DNA of 62,252 nt, filler included, from Sphacelaria rigidula (GCA_964200075.2; 6 parts of 6 records of this genome joined end to end with filler, not necessarily neighbours in it); one strand, 5' to 3'. Positions 1 to 12,535 are shown, numbered from the whole stretch's first letter. Notes: generated from the sequence alone by a model not told the origin. Translations and numbers: made by a program.

Positions 1-134
1 TGAGATCTCTACGCCAAGGTATGCATATTGGTCTACGATCGGCAGTTCCTCGTCTCCCATCTTCCACTTGAACTATCCCCTCTCTCAACCACCCGTATCT
101 CTCTAGGTGTTCTTCCTCGTCTTCTTTGCGAAAA

Positions 135-715
135 GGGAGGGTGAGGGGGGTTGTTCTCATGATCATGCATCCCATAGTCATGAGCCTGTTGACCTCGCAT
201 CCCTACAAAGCCAGGACGGAGCACGCCGGATTTTCGCCGGACCCGTCTCACAATCAACCACCAAGCGCGAAGGGCCGTGGTGTGTTCGGCGGATCGCATC
301 AAGAGTGAGGTGCATCCTGCCAAGATTGTTCGGCCCGAAGCCTAATGATCGTCTTATATTTGGGTTACAGCCTACAATGAGTTGCTTCATTTTCTGGCAT
401 CGCCACTTTCAGAGACAGTCCTGGCTTCCACACTGCCTCATAAGTGCCTCACCATGTAAACACTACGCAGTATGACCATCCTCTTTACGCGAAATTGGGG
501 TTCTCCCACACCGCACAATATGATCTAGCTCGGGCCACGATCACGGTTACCGCCAAAAAAAAAACGCAAGCGCGGATGAAAAGCGGTAACCTAGTTGCCT
601 AGCTTACGAATTGAGTGGCGTGTTCTACAGCGCCACTACCAACCGACGCCAACCCCATAGGGGGTCCGTCTCTACAAAACCGGGACGGAGCACGCCGGGT
701 TTTCGCCGGACCAGG
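135..715 (-). mobile_element. Family B non-autonomous retroelement, long copy 1 (5' module + body + repeated module + LINE-like 3' tail + C-rich end)
   Basis: Colinear with 4294-4863 over its whole length. The motif (CCT)GGTCCGGCGAAAA.CCGGCGTGCTCCGTCC occurs twice (about 203-245 and 672-715). On the minus strand it ends in a C-rich tract. Confidence 0.75.
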
Positions 716-854
716 TCTCAGAAAACACACACATACACGAAAAATACGATACTGAGAGGTGCTGACGACGAAAGACGTACACGATGGTGCCTCAATGGCT
801 CATAGGAAAAGGGATGGGGCACGGAGCGAAATGGCTGCAAGATGAAGCCCCCTG

Positions 855-956
855 ATGATTGATGATTGATTGATTGTCGCACTTTGACTGGCCCTCCAGG
901 GATCCAGCAGTGGTCTCATGATAGACGTACCCAACAAAAACTAAACTGGAACACTA
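855..956 (-). repeat. Non-LTR retroelement 3' end with (CAAT)n tail
   Basis: Reverse complement matches 5222-5323 (GGGAACGTCTATGA...AAGTGCGACAATCAATCAATC). Confidence 0.6.
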
Positions 957-1726
957 GCCAAAGAAGAGGAGGAACAGAGAAGGAAAAAAAAGTCGAACAG
1001 AACGACATGGTACACTAAGACGTGACAAAAAAGACTAATAGAAAAAATCAACAAATGCAAAGCACAAAAAGAGATGGCCGAACTAAAACATAAAGAAAGA
1101 AAAATAAGAGGGAAATACAGAGCAAATGAAAGAGAATAAAATAATATGATGAACAAAAAGGGAAAAGCCCAAGGGATTCAGAGCAGCAGAGTAGATACAG
1201 ATACACACCAGTGGGCACCACAGAGCCACCCACAAGATCATAATCAACAACCAATATGAGCAGACAGGATTCTTCGATTGGCAGCCCTCGACGCAGCAGC
1301 CTCTCGCTTGTCCGCGCGTCGCCAGAAACCCCTAGTTGATGGATACTTCCACTCCATGAGAACGTTTTGCAGAGGTGGTACATGAGATGTTTTTCGTGTT
1401 CTTCTCCGGGAGGTGCAGTGCAAGCTCGGAGAGTTTCAAGTACGACTTTGCGAACCTCCGTCTCTCCGCGAGATGCAACAGCGGCACCTATGTACAAATT
1501 TCCAAGCGAATCATGCCACAGACAAAGAAAGACTAACCGATTGCTCCTATATATGATATATATCATGAACCAACATGCGTAAAATAGGAACACATTTCCT
1601 CGTGGAAGAGAAATCTACAGAGAAGAGGCCGACTCATTTGCGCCATACACTTATATATATATATATATTGCGTTTCCCTGTGGAACAATAATCTAACGTT
1701 CGCGCTAGTTCGCTGCAGCCCCTCAC

Positions 1727-1820
1727 CAGCCAAGGGGCGCTGCGCTCAACGCTGTCCCTTCCGACCCGCTCCGGGTCCGTGCCCGCCACGACTTGCGTGA
1801 TGAAATCTGGGTTAGTACAC
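1727..1820 (-). CDS. INTS1: INTS1-like exon (CTNPDFITQVV...SAPWL)
   Basis: tgcag acceptor, GTGAG donor, 94 nt; the phase fits the preceding exon. Confidence 0.8.
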
Positions 1821-4800
1821 CTGCAATAGCACGTAGCAAAAGCCGCCCAAGGTCTAGTCAAGCTGTCTAGCCAACGTCTGCTAGACTAGAATCATAAGTT
1901 ACAAACGTGCGCATTTGGAATCACTTCGACTCGGAGCAACTCGAGGCTCTCAATTTGAAGCTCGAGGTGAAAGTGCTTCTTCACTTTAACAGCCGAAACT
2001 GAGAGAGTAGCATGGTAGACCGAAACAAGGAAAGAAGGCACTGTATCTAGCACGGCTCAGACGCTACAGATATCGAAGCGCGTGCTGACCAGATCAGCTA
2101 GGAGTGTAACACCACCCAAACGGGAGAAGAAACATTGTCTCCACTCGAACAACCGAAATGAGTGTATCGAATGAAGCGGAAGCAACCGTCAACATGACAA
2201 AGCCGAGATGGATGACTCCAGGAGGGCGAAGGGGAGGGGGGGAGGGGGGGCGGGGGGGCGGGGGGACCTGACCTGCGCAGCTCTGCCCCGAGGCCCAAAT
2301 CGCGATCCAGCTCCTCCACCCGCTTGAGCACGTCGTCAGGAGGACGTCGAGCAGGCATGGCTACATCTAGTTTGATGTAATCGTCATATCGGACCTGAAC
2401 CCACGACATGATTCACAATCGGACGAGGGGGGTCGGGGGGTGAGGGGGTGGGCAATGCTGAACCCTTGGGCAGGAGAATCTCGTTTCGGAACAAGATCGC
2501 CGTCTCATCTTCAACGCCAACATCCCCGACGCCACAAGTAGCTAAGTGCCGCCTCTGTGTTCGCAAGCATCGCATATAGTAGTAGCATTTCAAATGATGC
2601 CAATTCCACGGATGACCACCCCTGGCGGCAAACGTTTAAAATCCAAGTAGGCGCAAACGTTATGACTGCACATCAATACAGGTATAAAAGGGGGAAGTAT
2701 ATGCACAACTTGGACACGACGTACGACACCCAAGCGACGATGGCAGCAGTTGTGCTCTGTTGACATTCTTACGACAGACCAACTAATCCATAGATGGAAC
2801 ATACTGCTCTAAAAGACTGTATTTAAGAGCATGTTCTGCTCCTTCAAGATCATCCCAACCGTTAACATATCACGCGAAATGGAAACAAAGTTCGATTATG
2901 CCGTGAGTGCCGAGATTTGGGATAAGCTGTAGTTGGATCGATGGTGATACTTTCATACAGAGCGGAAACAGCATATACCGAGCTTCCCTTTTACCTTAGC
3001 CTCCATGGGGTACGACTACGGAGCGGTTCTACGGTAGGGATGAAAAAACTGTTTTCGAGACTCTGCGCTTTAGAAGCCTCTCGATGACGAACATGTGGGC
3101 CTTAGTGCGCACAGCCTCAGAAAACGTTTGGGCTAAAAAGTGCACCCATTGTAGTATTACTCTCTGACTCATTGTGAAACTTGAATATGTACGACTGAAC
3201 CAGGTCATCCTCAGTAGATCAAATATACCCGCACCAGTGTGAGCTGGACATAATGCCGTCCAGTACAGATCAACCCCACATAAATTTCCAGTGCGTGAAG
3301 AACAGATGATCAAGTTCCTGTACCGTACGTGGGGAGTGCTTTGATTCCAGCCCTGCTTGCGCGGAAGTTTGCCCCCGAATCAATGGTTGAAACGACAGAG
3401 CTGAGACTTCATACAAACATGCAAATTGGCCCTGGATGTTATAGCTGCTTCACTTCAGCCTAGCTCGCATGGATATTGGGAGTTTTAACCAACGCAAAAA
3501 ATATAAATGCTGGGGCTTTTACAGCAACGTCAAAGTTGGTGATAGACATTGGGGACGGTAAAGGCAACGTACCTCAGGTGCGCCGGGCGGGTGCCAGTCA
3601 GGGTCAGACTCGTAGTCGTCATCCTGGATTGGCAGCAACTGGTCTTCATCCGAATCTTCTTCAACGTGAACCTGTTTAATCGTCTTCACCAGCCTCCTGC
3701 CCCGCTTAGAAAGCTGAACATGGGCCAGAAGTAAGAAGCATCGGCCGGCCGCGCACACACAGCATGGATCAAGAAACACGAATGGAGAATAAAATGCCAA
3801 GAAAAATATTCAAGAGAATAGAGAACGGCCAACACCGAGTAAATCTGAAGAGATGCACATGACCGCAACTTCTCATCAATTGGGGATGGGGATGGCACGA
3901 CAACATGGTCAATCTACATCATCCTAGTCTACCATGCTGTAAGTTGTTTTTTTTCGGGACTTTCCACTGAGCTGTTGTCGGGGCACTTTCCTCCATTTCC
4001 AGGGAGTACGATGGGGCCTAGAAAGTCTCATGCGGTCACAGATCACACGGATCAAATGCCGCATGTTTTCCGTACAAGTCGGGCCACGACTACACCGTCT
4101 GTCATGCATCTTGCGTGCATTGTACCAGCCTTTTAGTGGGACGTACATTCGCACAGAAGAAGCAATGGTTGAATGAAAAATGATCAGTACAAGCCGCCAC
4201 ATGATTGTGTGCTTCGGTAGATCCCGCGTGAAGACGAGTTACAGAGGTCGCCGCGTAACGCTTCAGCGCTGACCTCTCAGGTTTTCCGCCGTGAGGGAGG
4301 GGACGGGGGGTGTACTCATAATCATGCATGCCGTATTCTCAAGACCATTGACCTCGCACCCCTACAATGCCGGGACGGAGCACGCCGGGTTTTCGCCGGA
4401 CCAGGCTTGCACTCAATCACCAAGCGCCGTGGTGTGTTCGGCAAGTCGCATGAAGGGTGAGCTGCATCCTGCTAAGCTTGTTCGGCCGGAAGCCTGCTGA
4501 TTTTCTTGCACTTGGATGACATCCTACAATGACTTGCTTCATTTTCTGGTATTGCCACTTCCGGAGACACTGCCTATACACTGCCTCATGGGTGTCTCAC
4601 GATTTCAACACCACGTGGTACGATCATCCCCTTTGAGCAGAGTTGAGGTTCTCCCACGCCGCACAACATGATCTAGCTCGACTACCATCATAATTTCCGC
4701 AAAAAAAAAAACGCAAGCACGCAAAAAAAAACGGTAACCTGGTTGCCTAGCTTACGCAGTGAGTGGCGTGTTTAATAGCGTCATCGCCAACCGACGCAAA

Positions 4801-7800
4801 CCCCATCGAGGGTCCGCCCCTACAAAGCCAGGACGGAGCACGCCGGGTTCTCGCCGGACCAGGCTAATTTCTTCAGGTGTAGAGAAGAGTGCGAAACACG
4901 TGTGTGTGTGTGTGTGTGTGTGTCATGGGGTTTCAAGCTCGCTTCAATATACACGTATTCCATACTCCAAACCGCTAAATGTGGATTTTCTCCGCATGTG
5001 GGATGAATCCAAAAATATCAACACCATTCTCTTCACAATCATCTAGGGTATACCCATGTGTTTTTCCGAACACGCAATATTCCCCACGATGCGATTCACG
5101 CCTACTTGGCCTTACTGCCGACAGCTTTAGATGCTACTTCAGATATTGACGAGCTCGGCATTACCCTTTGTCAAAGCGTCCAACATTCAGGTCAAAAAGC
5201 ACGCGCTTGTTTTCTTGAACGAGTGTTTCAGTTTTGCTTTTCTTGGGAACGTCTATGATGCAACCACGGCTGGACCCATGGGTGGTCAGTTGAAGTGCGA
5301 CAATCAATCAATCAATCAATCAAAAACACACACACATTCCGGATCAGTTTTGAATGAAGCGATGATAGTACCAGCACAGCTACCTGTACACTGGCTTGCC
5401 TCGGCAGCAACCTAGCTGATTCAGCGGGCAAGCAGGCCTTCTTACATTCCTTGCGTTGCTATACTGCAAGGGAGAAGTTGTCACTTTGCGGGCTGCACAT
5501 TATCTCAAACCTTGGAAGATGACCAACTCAGGTAAAAAGAAAAGCGAAACGACGGTTTCTGGGGTGCTCAAACTTACTGTTGTCTGTGGTCAGTCTCGTT
5601 TTCGCCATCCGATGGATATCTTCACAGCTACCTGTCTTCGATGTACGCATTGCAAACAGGTGGGCGAACCACCCTGTACAACTTTCCAAGGTTGTGTGCT
5701 TCAGGGTATACGCGGGAGTGGGAAATCTTCGGGTAGAACACCAAACAATACCGGTATGTGCAATGTGCACCGAACATTCCTGTATGGTTCGGCAGATTAT
5801 CGAGCCCTGTTTCCAGCACTCCGATATGATTCGCAAGGGCACTTCACCGCTAAAAAACGTATTTTACACCTCCGTAAATATCCGAATTTCAGCCGGTATA
5901 CCGTACAGAGCACGACATTTGGGTATTACTAGTTTTCGGATCACTTCATGTGAGACAACGAGTCGAATAGAGTCACTCAGCTAGCCTTTGTCGTTAGCTA
6001 CCTCAACGATTTCTCCTCGGCGCTTGCGGGGCGCTAAAATCTTCGTGAATTAGACAATGCGAGACGGCCGATCGATGGGTTCATTGATCCCTCAAGACTA
6101 CATGCACAGACTAACTAGCTGTGAGGAAGCGGAGGAGGGGTTAGTTACATGTACGACAAAAAAAAAAGTTACGTCGTCGAAAGCGCGAGGACGCGAAAAA
6201 CAAAATGAATTCGAAGGGATATGAAGCAGTACGGGATTGCCCATCCAACCGATAGCAAAATGTGTAAGAAGGCGTGCGTACTATACCAGGGGAGAGATTG
6301 ATGGCTGTACGGCTTCATTAATTTCTCGACACCGATGGATGGTGCCATCATTCACATCAATCACCTGAACCGTTTCTCTCGGGCGCTTGGGCGGCGGAGG
6401 CGGCTGCGGAGGGCGGCGACGCCTCCGAGGCCGTGTGGCGAAGATCTCGTCCACCGCCGCACGCTCCTCCTGCCTCACTCGTTCATCCGCAGCGATCATG
6501 GCCCCTGCGCCGCCTCCGATAACACCGTTCGCTTCAGATGCACTTCCTGAGAGCAGATGTCCATGAACGTACGTGCAGTATGGACCAGACGAAGGAAACA
6601 ATGAAAATAAAGGTACCCTCACATGAACGTACTGGGCGAATGTATGTAGGCCGAATATCAATTTATATCGAAAAAGGCAAATGAACGGATGAATGACCGT
6701 ACAGAGAGTACGGCCCCCTCATGCTGGATGGCTAAATATATGAATTACTGAATTACTGAAAAGAGTATGGATCCTTCATGCCCGCGTGGAATGGAAGCAG
6801 TCGAATGTTACATGAACTGAAACGATGTACGGATGGGCCCATGAACCAATAGTTGGATGAATGGACCAACACATGATGGGGGAAACAACAAATATGATAC
6901 GTTGTGTCAGTTCGTGCCGGCATTTTGGGGTCCGGGACGATGGGCTATACGACAAGTAGGAAGTCCACAAAATTAGTCCACCCCTCGATCTATGCAAAAC
7001 TAGGGACGAGCAACTGTGATACTCCCTCTGTCCCATAAGTTAGAGCCGAACTTGTCATACAAGACCTTAACCGTGCGCGATGCTTTTTTCGCCCGTGTGT
7101 TGTTTTCAACAGGGTTATTCGGCGTTATTTTAGTGAAATACATGTTTTTTCTGTTCGCACATTATTCCAGGTGGGCATACGGCCAGGAAAAAAAAAAAAG
7201 TCGTATTTCGCCCCCATCCCGGGGGCATGTGTGTGTGTGCATGTGTGTGCGCGCGCGCGAGTGGCACTCTCTGCCGCCATGGCGTAACGCCGGCCAAACG
7301 ATAGTTTTCTACCACGTTCGCGAGGGCGGAGGGGAAGGGAAGGGGAGGGGGGCGGGGTGCTCGTGGGCGAGTCTACGGTGTTGTGTGTGGGTGGCTGGTG
7401 TGTACAGGTAGAATTTTTCGAATTTCGGGATTTTTCGACAACTTTCTTCAAGTATCATCTAAATTAGGCAATTTGGGGACAATTTGGTCCATAATTCAAT
7501 ATAAATAATTCAGAGTCTGAGTTACTTACATATGTTACCGTGAGCGCCGCTCCTGCGATGATACCATCTGCGCCCCAGTTCGGTCTCAACGTCTGACAGA
7601 AGAGTCGATAGTTTCGCAAACGCTCTGATGATATTACAAACAACGTACCTGCTACGCCGATCCTTCCGGCCTGCCCCTCACTGCCTCCACGCCCGCCCCC
7701 CGGCCGGGACTCCCGGCCATCCGCGCGCCGCACGGGGGACCCCGATCTCCGATTGCCATTGTTCGCGGATTGCAGCTGCGGCATGAAGGCGAAGGCGTCG

Positions 7801-9486
7801 GAGTCCCCTCGCCTGGATGATCTGACGGCGCGGCGATGACCATTTTCGTTATTGCTGCCGCCGCGGCCGTCAGTTTCGATGGACGCGCTGGTGCCGGCGC
7901 CGGTACCGGCGGTGAGCTGTTGCAGTTGCACATCTTCGGAGGCCGCGGCGGCGCCCGGCGGAGGGAAGCGAAAGTCTGTGCACACCAGCATCTGCGAGTG
8001 TTAAAAGTAAAACACAAGAAGAAAACGTGTAGCGTACTTTTCGGTTGGATTGGATTGGATGAGGACTTCAATGGACCGCAAAAAGGCGAAGCAAGTTGAC
8101 GATGACAATGCTCAACACAAAATAAGGGGGAACGATAAAAATCAACCGGCTGCGGTAGTGAGTCCGATCCAATGCTGGAGAACAAGATGCAGGCAGTACT
8201 GGGCGGGAGATGACTTAATCCCCGACATTACAAAGTCGTGCAGAAAGAGGGGAGGTATAGGGGAGTGATTCCAATCATGACAAAAAAAAAGGTCGCTCCT
8301 CGACACATCGGTTCAGAACCTTGAGCGCAGCAAGCGCAACGCTTCGCTAGCGGTACGTTGTGTTCCTTCTCTCGGAGTCTGCCAACAACCAATCGTACTT
8401 GACTCAATCTCTCACTTTCGCCTCAGGTTGAAAAATACACACGTTTGCTTCGCGCTGTAGAAGCTCGATCGGCAATGCGGGACCTTAGTCCGGGGGGGGG
8501 GCAGGGGGGTATTAACTCAACGGATCCGACGTGTGACGCCGCGGACAGTCAGTCCCACAGTACAAGGAGCGAAAACAAGAGTGTCACGGAAACAAGTAAC
8601 ACAACATTCACGGAAACGATGCGAGCTTGATTGCGGTTGCCGCCGTGGCCAACAGTGTGTATACTACGCGCAAGCGAGCCTGGCTTACAAATATTTGGGA
8701 ACGCTGTTGACCGAAAGGAGGGACGGGGGGAAACCCGACAGGACAATGTCAGCATGCGAAGCTAAACAAACACGCTGCAAGCATCATGGCTGCAAGCATC
8801 ATGGCCCTCTCCTCATTGATCGATTAATGATCGCGCATGAACCAATCCGTGACGGGTGTAGCTGTCGTGGTCATGATATAGCCGTATAACCCCCCCCCCA
8901 TCCCAACCTAGAGAAATGAACGTACGGATGCTCGCGATAGAAGCCTCGAGATGACAAAAGAACCACAACAGAATAGCGAAGAAACGATTACCCTCGACAG
9001 GAATCTGAACAACAACAACAACAACAACAAGATGCATGGAGAAAAATGTAACGTAGGAGATCAATTGACTAGGAAGAACACACAGACTTCCTGGAATGTG
9101 CCACGTACTGAGGTAGGACACCCGAGTATGACACAAACAAACGGGTACCTGCATGAGACAGCGCATAGTCGGAGACGTCTCCCACAGCTGCCGCCCCACC
9201 GTGCCGGGGTTGGTCGCCGCCAACACGAGGGAAACCACGGCGGCACGCCAGAACAGCTTCGCGTGCGCCAGTCGCGGCAAACTGTTTTGGGCCAAAACAT
9301 CGGGGGTGGGAACAGCCGGCGCTGGCTCGGGCGCAGTTGGGGCGGGGGGTGGCGAGGGGGCGCCGGGTGCCGTCTCATCCTCCTCCAAACTAGCGCTAGA
9401 GTCGCTGCCCCCACTGTCAGAGTCGCTATTCTCGCTTTGGTCGTCCGGGGAGCCGCCGCTGTCATCGCTGTCGGAGCCTTTGGAAC
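1727..9486 (-). CDS. INTS1: Integrator complex subunit 1-like gene, internal part. Exons: 9486-9149, 7991-7649, 6546-6365, 3671-3573, 2394-2273, 1820-1727
   Basis: All six exons have AG/GT boundaries with consistent phases. The spliced peptide contains LAHAKLFWRAAVVSLVLAATNPGTVGRQLWETSPTMRCLMQ|MLVCTDFRFPP and LDVAMPARRPPDDVLKRVEELDRDLGLGAELRR|CTNPDFITQVV...SAPWL. These match INTS1 motifs as I recall them (LYWKAW.LLLVVAAFNP..IG..AWEEYPTLKMLMEM and GPPRRPP..LD....L...LRLG..LCRSRNPDFLL...SMPWL), in the same order. Confidence 0.85.
2273..2394 (-). CDS. INTS1: INTS1-like exon (VRYDD...PARRPP...LGAELR)
   Basis: ttcag acceptor after a C-rich tract, GTCAG donor, 122 nt. Confidence 0.8.
3070..3172 (+). 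repeat. Dispersed repeat, second copy at about 30301-30400
   Basis: Shared TAGAAGCC..TCGATGAC.AA.AT.TGGGCCTTAGTG...AAGTGCACCC...TGACTC. Confidence 0.6.
3573..3671 (-). CDS. INTS1: INTS1-like acidic exon (VHVEEDSDED...PPGAPE)
   Basis: aacag acceptor, GAG|GTACGT donor, 99 nt, phase 0/0. Confidence 0.65.
4294..4863 (-). mobile_element. Family B non-autonomous retroelement, long copy 2 (in an INTS1 intron)
   Basis: Homologous to 135-715. Internal direct repeat at 4362-4405 and 4820-4863. The minus-strand end is ATGAGTACACCCCCC. Confidence 0.75.
5222..5323 (+). repeat. Non-LTR retroelement 3' end with (CAAT)n tail
   Basis: Inverted copy of 855-956. Confidence 0.6.
6365..6546 (-). CDS. INTS1: INTS1-like exon (GSASE...AADERVRQEERAAVDE...ETVQ)
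   Basis: ctcag acceptor, CAG|GTGA donor, phase 1 to 0. Confidence 0.75.
7649..7991 (-). CDS. INTS1: INTS1-like exon (MLVCTDFRFPP... Gly/Arg-rich)
   Basis: cgcag acceptor, G|GTACGT donor, GC-rich coding composition. Confidence 0.8.
9149..9486 (-). CDS. INTS1: INTS1-like exon (acidic stretch then LFWRAAVV...NPGTVG...PTMRCLMQ)
   Basis: cgcag acceptor, CAG|GTACC donor; strongest motif match. Confidence 0.85.
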
Positions 9487-9706
9487 CTGCGACAGAACAA
9501 CCAATACACGGTAGACCACGTAATGTGTGCCAGCCATTTACGAAGTTAACAGCAGGTCAGCATGTGGTGTGTGTGGACTTAACAGATCGGACACCCTGGG
9601 CGTTTTGCAGTTGTTTTTCCTCTGTCATGCGGGCCGCATGACCATCATTCCATACTCCACTTTGCGTTTTCTGGAACGATCAGCGCTTATTCTTAGTATC
9701 CATTAA

Positions 9707-9807
9707 CCTGTTCACCGCCGGCGTGGGGTCCTTCTGTTGAATTAAAATTCATTTTACTTGAAAAAATGGATGTGGTGACCAGGTGGCCCACCCCGGCGGT
9801 CAAAGGG
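9707..9807. mobile_element. Very short piggyBac-like MITE (second copy 13386-13487)
   Basis: TTAA|CCTGTTCACCGCCGGCGTGGG ... CCCACCCCGGCGGTCAAAGGG imperfect TIRs; similar ends at 13386-13487. Confidence 0.5.
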
Positions 9808-10214
9808 GTACTGTCGGCACAACGAAAGTTGCTTGCTACACATTATCATGACGCGCTCGTCCCATCATTCTACCGCTGATGATTATTTGCGTATTCGGTG
9901 CGACGTTGTACAGAAGGTCCTAAAACTCGATATATTTACTTCAGATCTTCATCTGTCGCGACGTGTGCGGTCTTGAGGACGTCGGGATGACTAGATAGAC
10001 CAACGGCGACGCCGGGGTACGCTTCGAAGTGAACGGGTCGGCGGGGAACGAGTTTTACAGCGCGGACGAACATTTCTCGAGGTGTGCGCGGGTACTTTGT
10101 TGTAAGCTTCACTCGCGTGAACTTGGCGGTCATGGCACAAGAAACCATTTCAGCACGCGCGGTTCGAAAGTGCTGCCCACATTCGTGTCACGATACACCT
10201 TCGGTTTGTGCGCA

Positions 10215-10293
10215 TGTGTGTGTGTGTTGTGTGTTGAGTGTTGTCGTCCCATTTATTCTGGGCGCCAGTCTACCCCTTTCGGGATGTGTGGGC
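10215..10293 (-). mobile_element. 3' end of tRNA-derived SINE with (CA)n tail, cut by contig end
   Basis: Matches 16277-16345 (GTGTTGTCGTCCCAT...CTGG.CGCC.GTCTAC). Confidence 0.7.
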
Positions 10294-10393
10294 NNNNNNN
10301 NNNNNNNNNNNNNNNNNNNNNNNNNNNNNNNNNNNNNTTAATTAATTAANNNNNNNNNNNNNNNNNNNNNNNNNNNNNNNNNNNNNNNNNNNN
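10294..10393. other. Artificial contig linker N44-TTAATTAATTAA-N44
   Basis: Identical 100-bp spacer occurs five times; TTAATTAATTAA gives stops in all six frames. Confidence 0.99.
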
Positions 10394-10411
10394 CCCACGC
10401 GCCCCCCCCAC

Positions 10412-10489
10412 TGCCCCGGCTCGAAAGGGATGCGTGGTCAATGGTCAAATGACTAAGGCAAGCAACAAAGGAGTACGCCCCCCCCCCCC
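10412..10489 (+). mobile_element. Family A LINE 3' end with oligo(C) tail
   Basis: CTCGAAAGGGATGCGTGGTCAATGGTCAAATGACTAAGGCAAGCAACAAAGGAGTACG followed by a C run; same as the end of 54711-55240. Confidence 0.8.
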
Positions 10490-11891
10490 TCCCTCATTTT
10501 CTCGGCAAACTTCAACTTCGTACGCGGATGATGCTATTCTCGGGCAATCAACATAAAATCTTTTTTTTTTTTCGTTTCCGGCGAGGGCTTCGCCATCTCT
10601 TGTCGGTCGCGCGGCCCAACACTTTTTTCGCACATTTCAGCCCGCTTCCCCAGGACGAGTCTATGGTCTCAAGGGATCAACCCATGAATTCAATCCCCTT
10701 CCATTTTTTGTTTTAATCGTTCTCGTTCTTGAGTGTAGCGATGCATGCCGTTTCATGGTAACACTGTCGTGGACATCTTTCTTGTGAAGGAGATATGTTG
10801 TACTATCAGTGTTATTTGCCGACTGCGCGTTGAGATGACTTCACCTGGGGACAGAATTCGACTCATCTTTCAGTTTCCCTTGAAGTAGATATTGTTACTG
10901 CCAAGTCATCCTGAACTCAAATCTTCATTAAGCCCTTCAGCGTGTTACAAATAGTGGTGGAATATGTCTCATTTTTTCTGTGTAGGCATAATTTTCCTGC
11001 ATTGATCGGAGGCTTCAGGTTCATCAGGCGATGTCTATCCTGGTCTTTCGAGAAGAATACGATACTCTACTCATAATAGCTCGCATTACCACGTGTACTT
11101 ACCTGCATTATCGTACAAGGTGTAGTAGACGGCGCGATCAACCCCATCAAAAGCGATAGGCGCACCTTGACCCACCGTCAGTCAGACCATGATCCCCCAC
11201 CAAGTGGATTGCGCAGTTGTCAGGCACCCAGAGTTCAGAATTCGATCGTTGGGCATGCTACAATTTTGGCGAATTTTCTTCGACGTTCATGTTTGGGTTG
11301 CTTGCTCCTGTATCTTCGCCATGTACTTTATCGACCAGATCCGAAATAGTACTCCCTATGTTGAAGGTCTCTGGTTCATGTGGTGCGCCTTGGTTATTCT
11401 GCGGAAGAAGCAGCGGCGGGTTGTGTTGTATCTTGGTCTCGTCTGTCACTGTAGAGAACGATGCTCCGTACGACTCATGAACGCACACTCACAGACTCTT
11501 TTCGCGGCCTTGGACGAAAAAAACCTCCACGCAGTGACCAAACAGCAGCGTTGAGGGTAACTTTGTGAATGTAATTGTGACTTCCACACCCACAGGTGTG
11601 ACCTAAAGGGCTCAAATACTAATCAGGTGATCCGGTATTTTCTCATCATTTTTCGCATGCAGAGATGCTCTTACTTTCCACCGCTATATGGTGCAGGGTG
11701 GTCTCAAGACAACTCCGCGAATCGGAAGAAATCAGCCCATCCCTCCCCCGGTACCCACCTTACGTTTTGGTATCGCGGATTAGGTCAGCACTCCTGCACC
11801 CCGCCGACCGTCGTCTGATACAGTCAGTCAAACATATATTTTTTGTATTCAAACCCTCGCATTTTCAACGACGGGAATGAGACCCTTCAGC

Positions 11892-11985
11892 AAAAAAGAC
11901 CAAACTAGGCGCATCTGGGAGTAGTCGAACCCGCGTTCCCCCCGCCCAAAGAGTACCCACTCTATCATGAGACAACCGGGGGCGA
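11892..11985 (-). mobile_element. tRNA-like SINE head (Pol III B box and T run)
   Basis: Minus strand: TCGCCCCCGGTTGTCTCA...GGGTTCGACTACTCCC...TTTTTT. No complete cloverleaf. Confidence 0.4.
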
Positions 11986-12535
11986 GGAAGCTAAATTACC
12001 TGAATTACTCAAGGTGCTCCCCCTACCCAACTTCTTTATTTGGCGGGAAAATAAGTTGGGGGTGCTGTGCCATGTGAAGAAAACACCACCCCTCTCGCGC
12101 GCCAAGTGTACCTGACGGTGTGTCACCTCCACGATAAAGCCCAACACGAAAACTGCGTTCGGTATCCAAACACAAAGCGTTCGCCGTTTTCCCTTTCCTC
12201 CTGCAAATCCCACCAAGACAAGAATCACATGTGTGTCCTGATACCCACGCGAACTGTGACCAAAGAATGTACCGCTGCACAGCAGACCCTGCAAGAAAGT
12301 ATACCCCATGGCCGCCACCCCGTGGGCCGAAACTTGCCTCACCAATCAATATCCCCATCTTCTCGCAGGTTGTTCTACCCTGCCCAATTTTTGTTCCGAT
12401 CAAAATTCTCCTCTCCGTATCCCGTCCTCTGCCGCATCGTGTCTCTCACGTGGTCACCCGGGCAGCGTGTTGAGCCAATTTTTCAGCGTACACCCGAAGG
12501 GAGAGCTTGCAAGAACCACCGGAAATCACAAGAAA

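Noticed and set aside
755-800. CTGACGA-C-GAAA hammerhead-like core
   Set aside because: No stem II between the core motifs and no stem III/NUH site can be built.
1048-1593. 181-aa minus-strand ORF as a further INTS1 exon
   Set aside because: No INTS1 motif, no convincing splice sites and a low-complexity end; it may be LINE debris.
5456-5984. Overlapping 130-160 aa ORFs in an INTS1 intron
   Set aside because: No recognisable motif in any frame.
10338-10349. TTAATTAATTAA as a biological palindrome or periodic site
   Set aside because: Always centred in N44 blocks; it is a synthetic six-frame stop linker.
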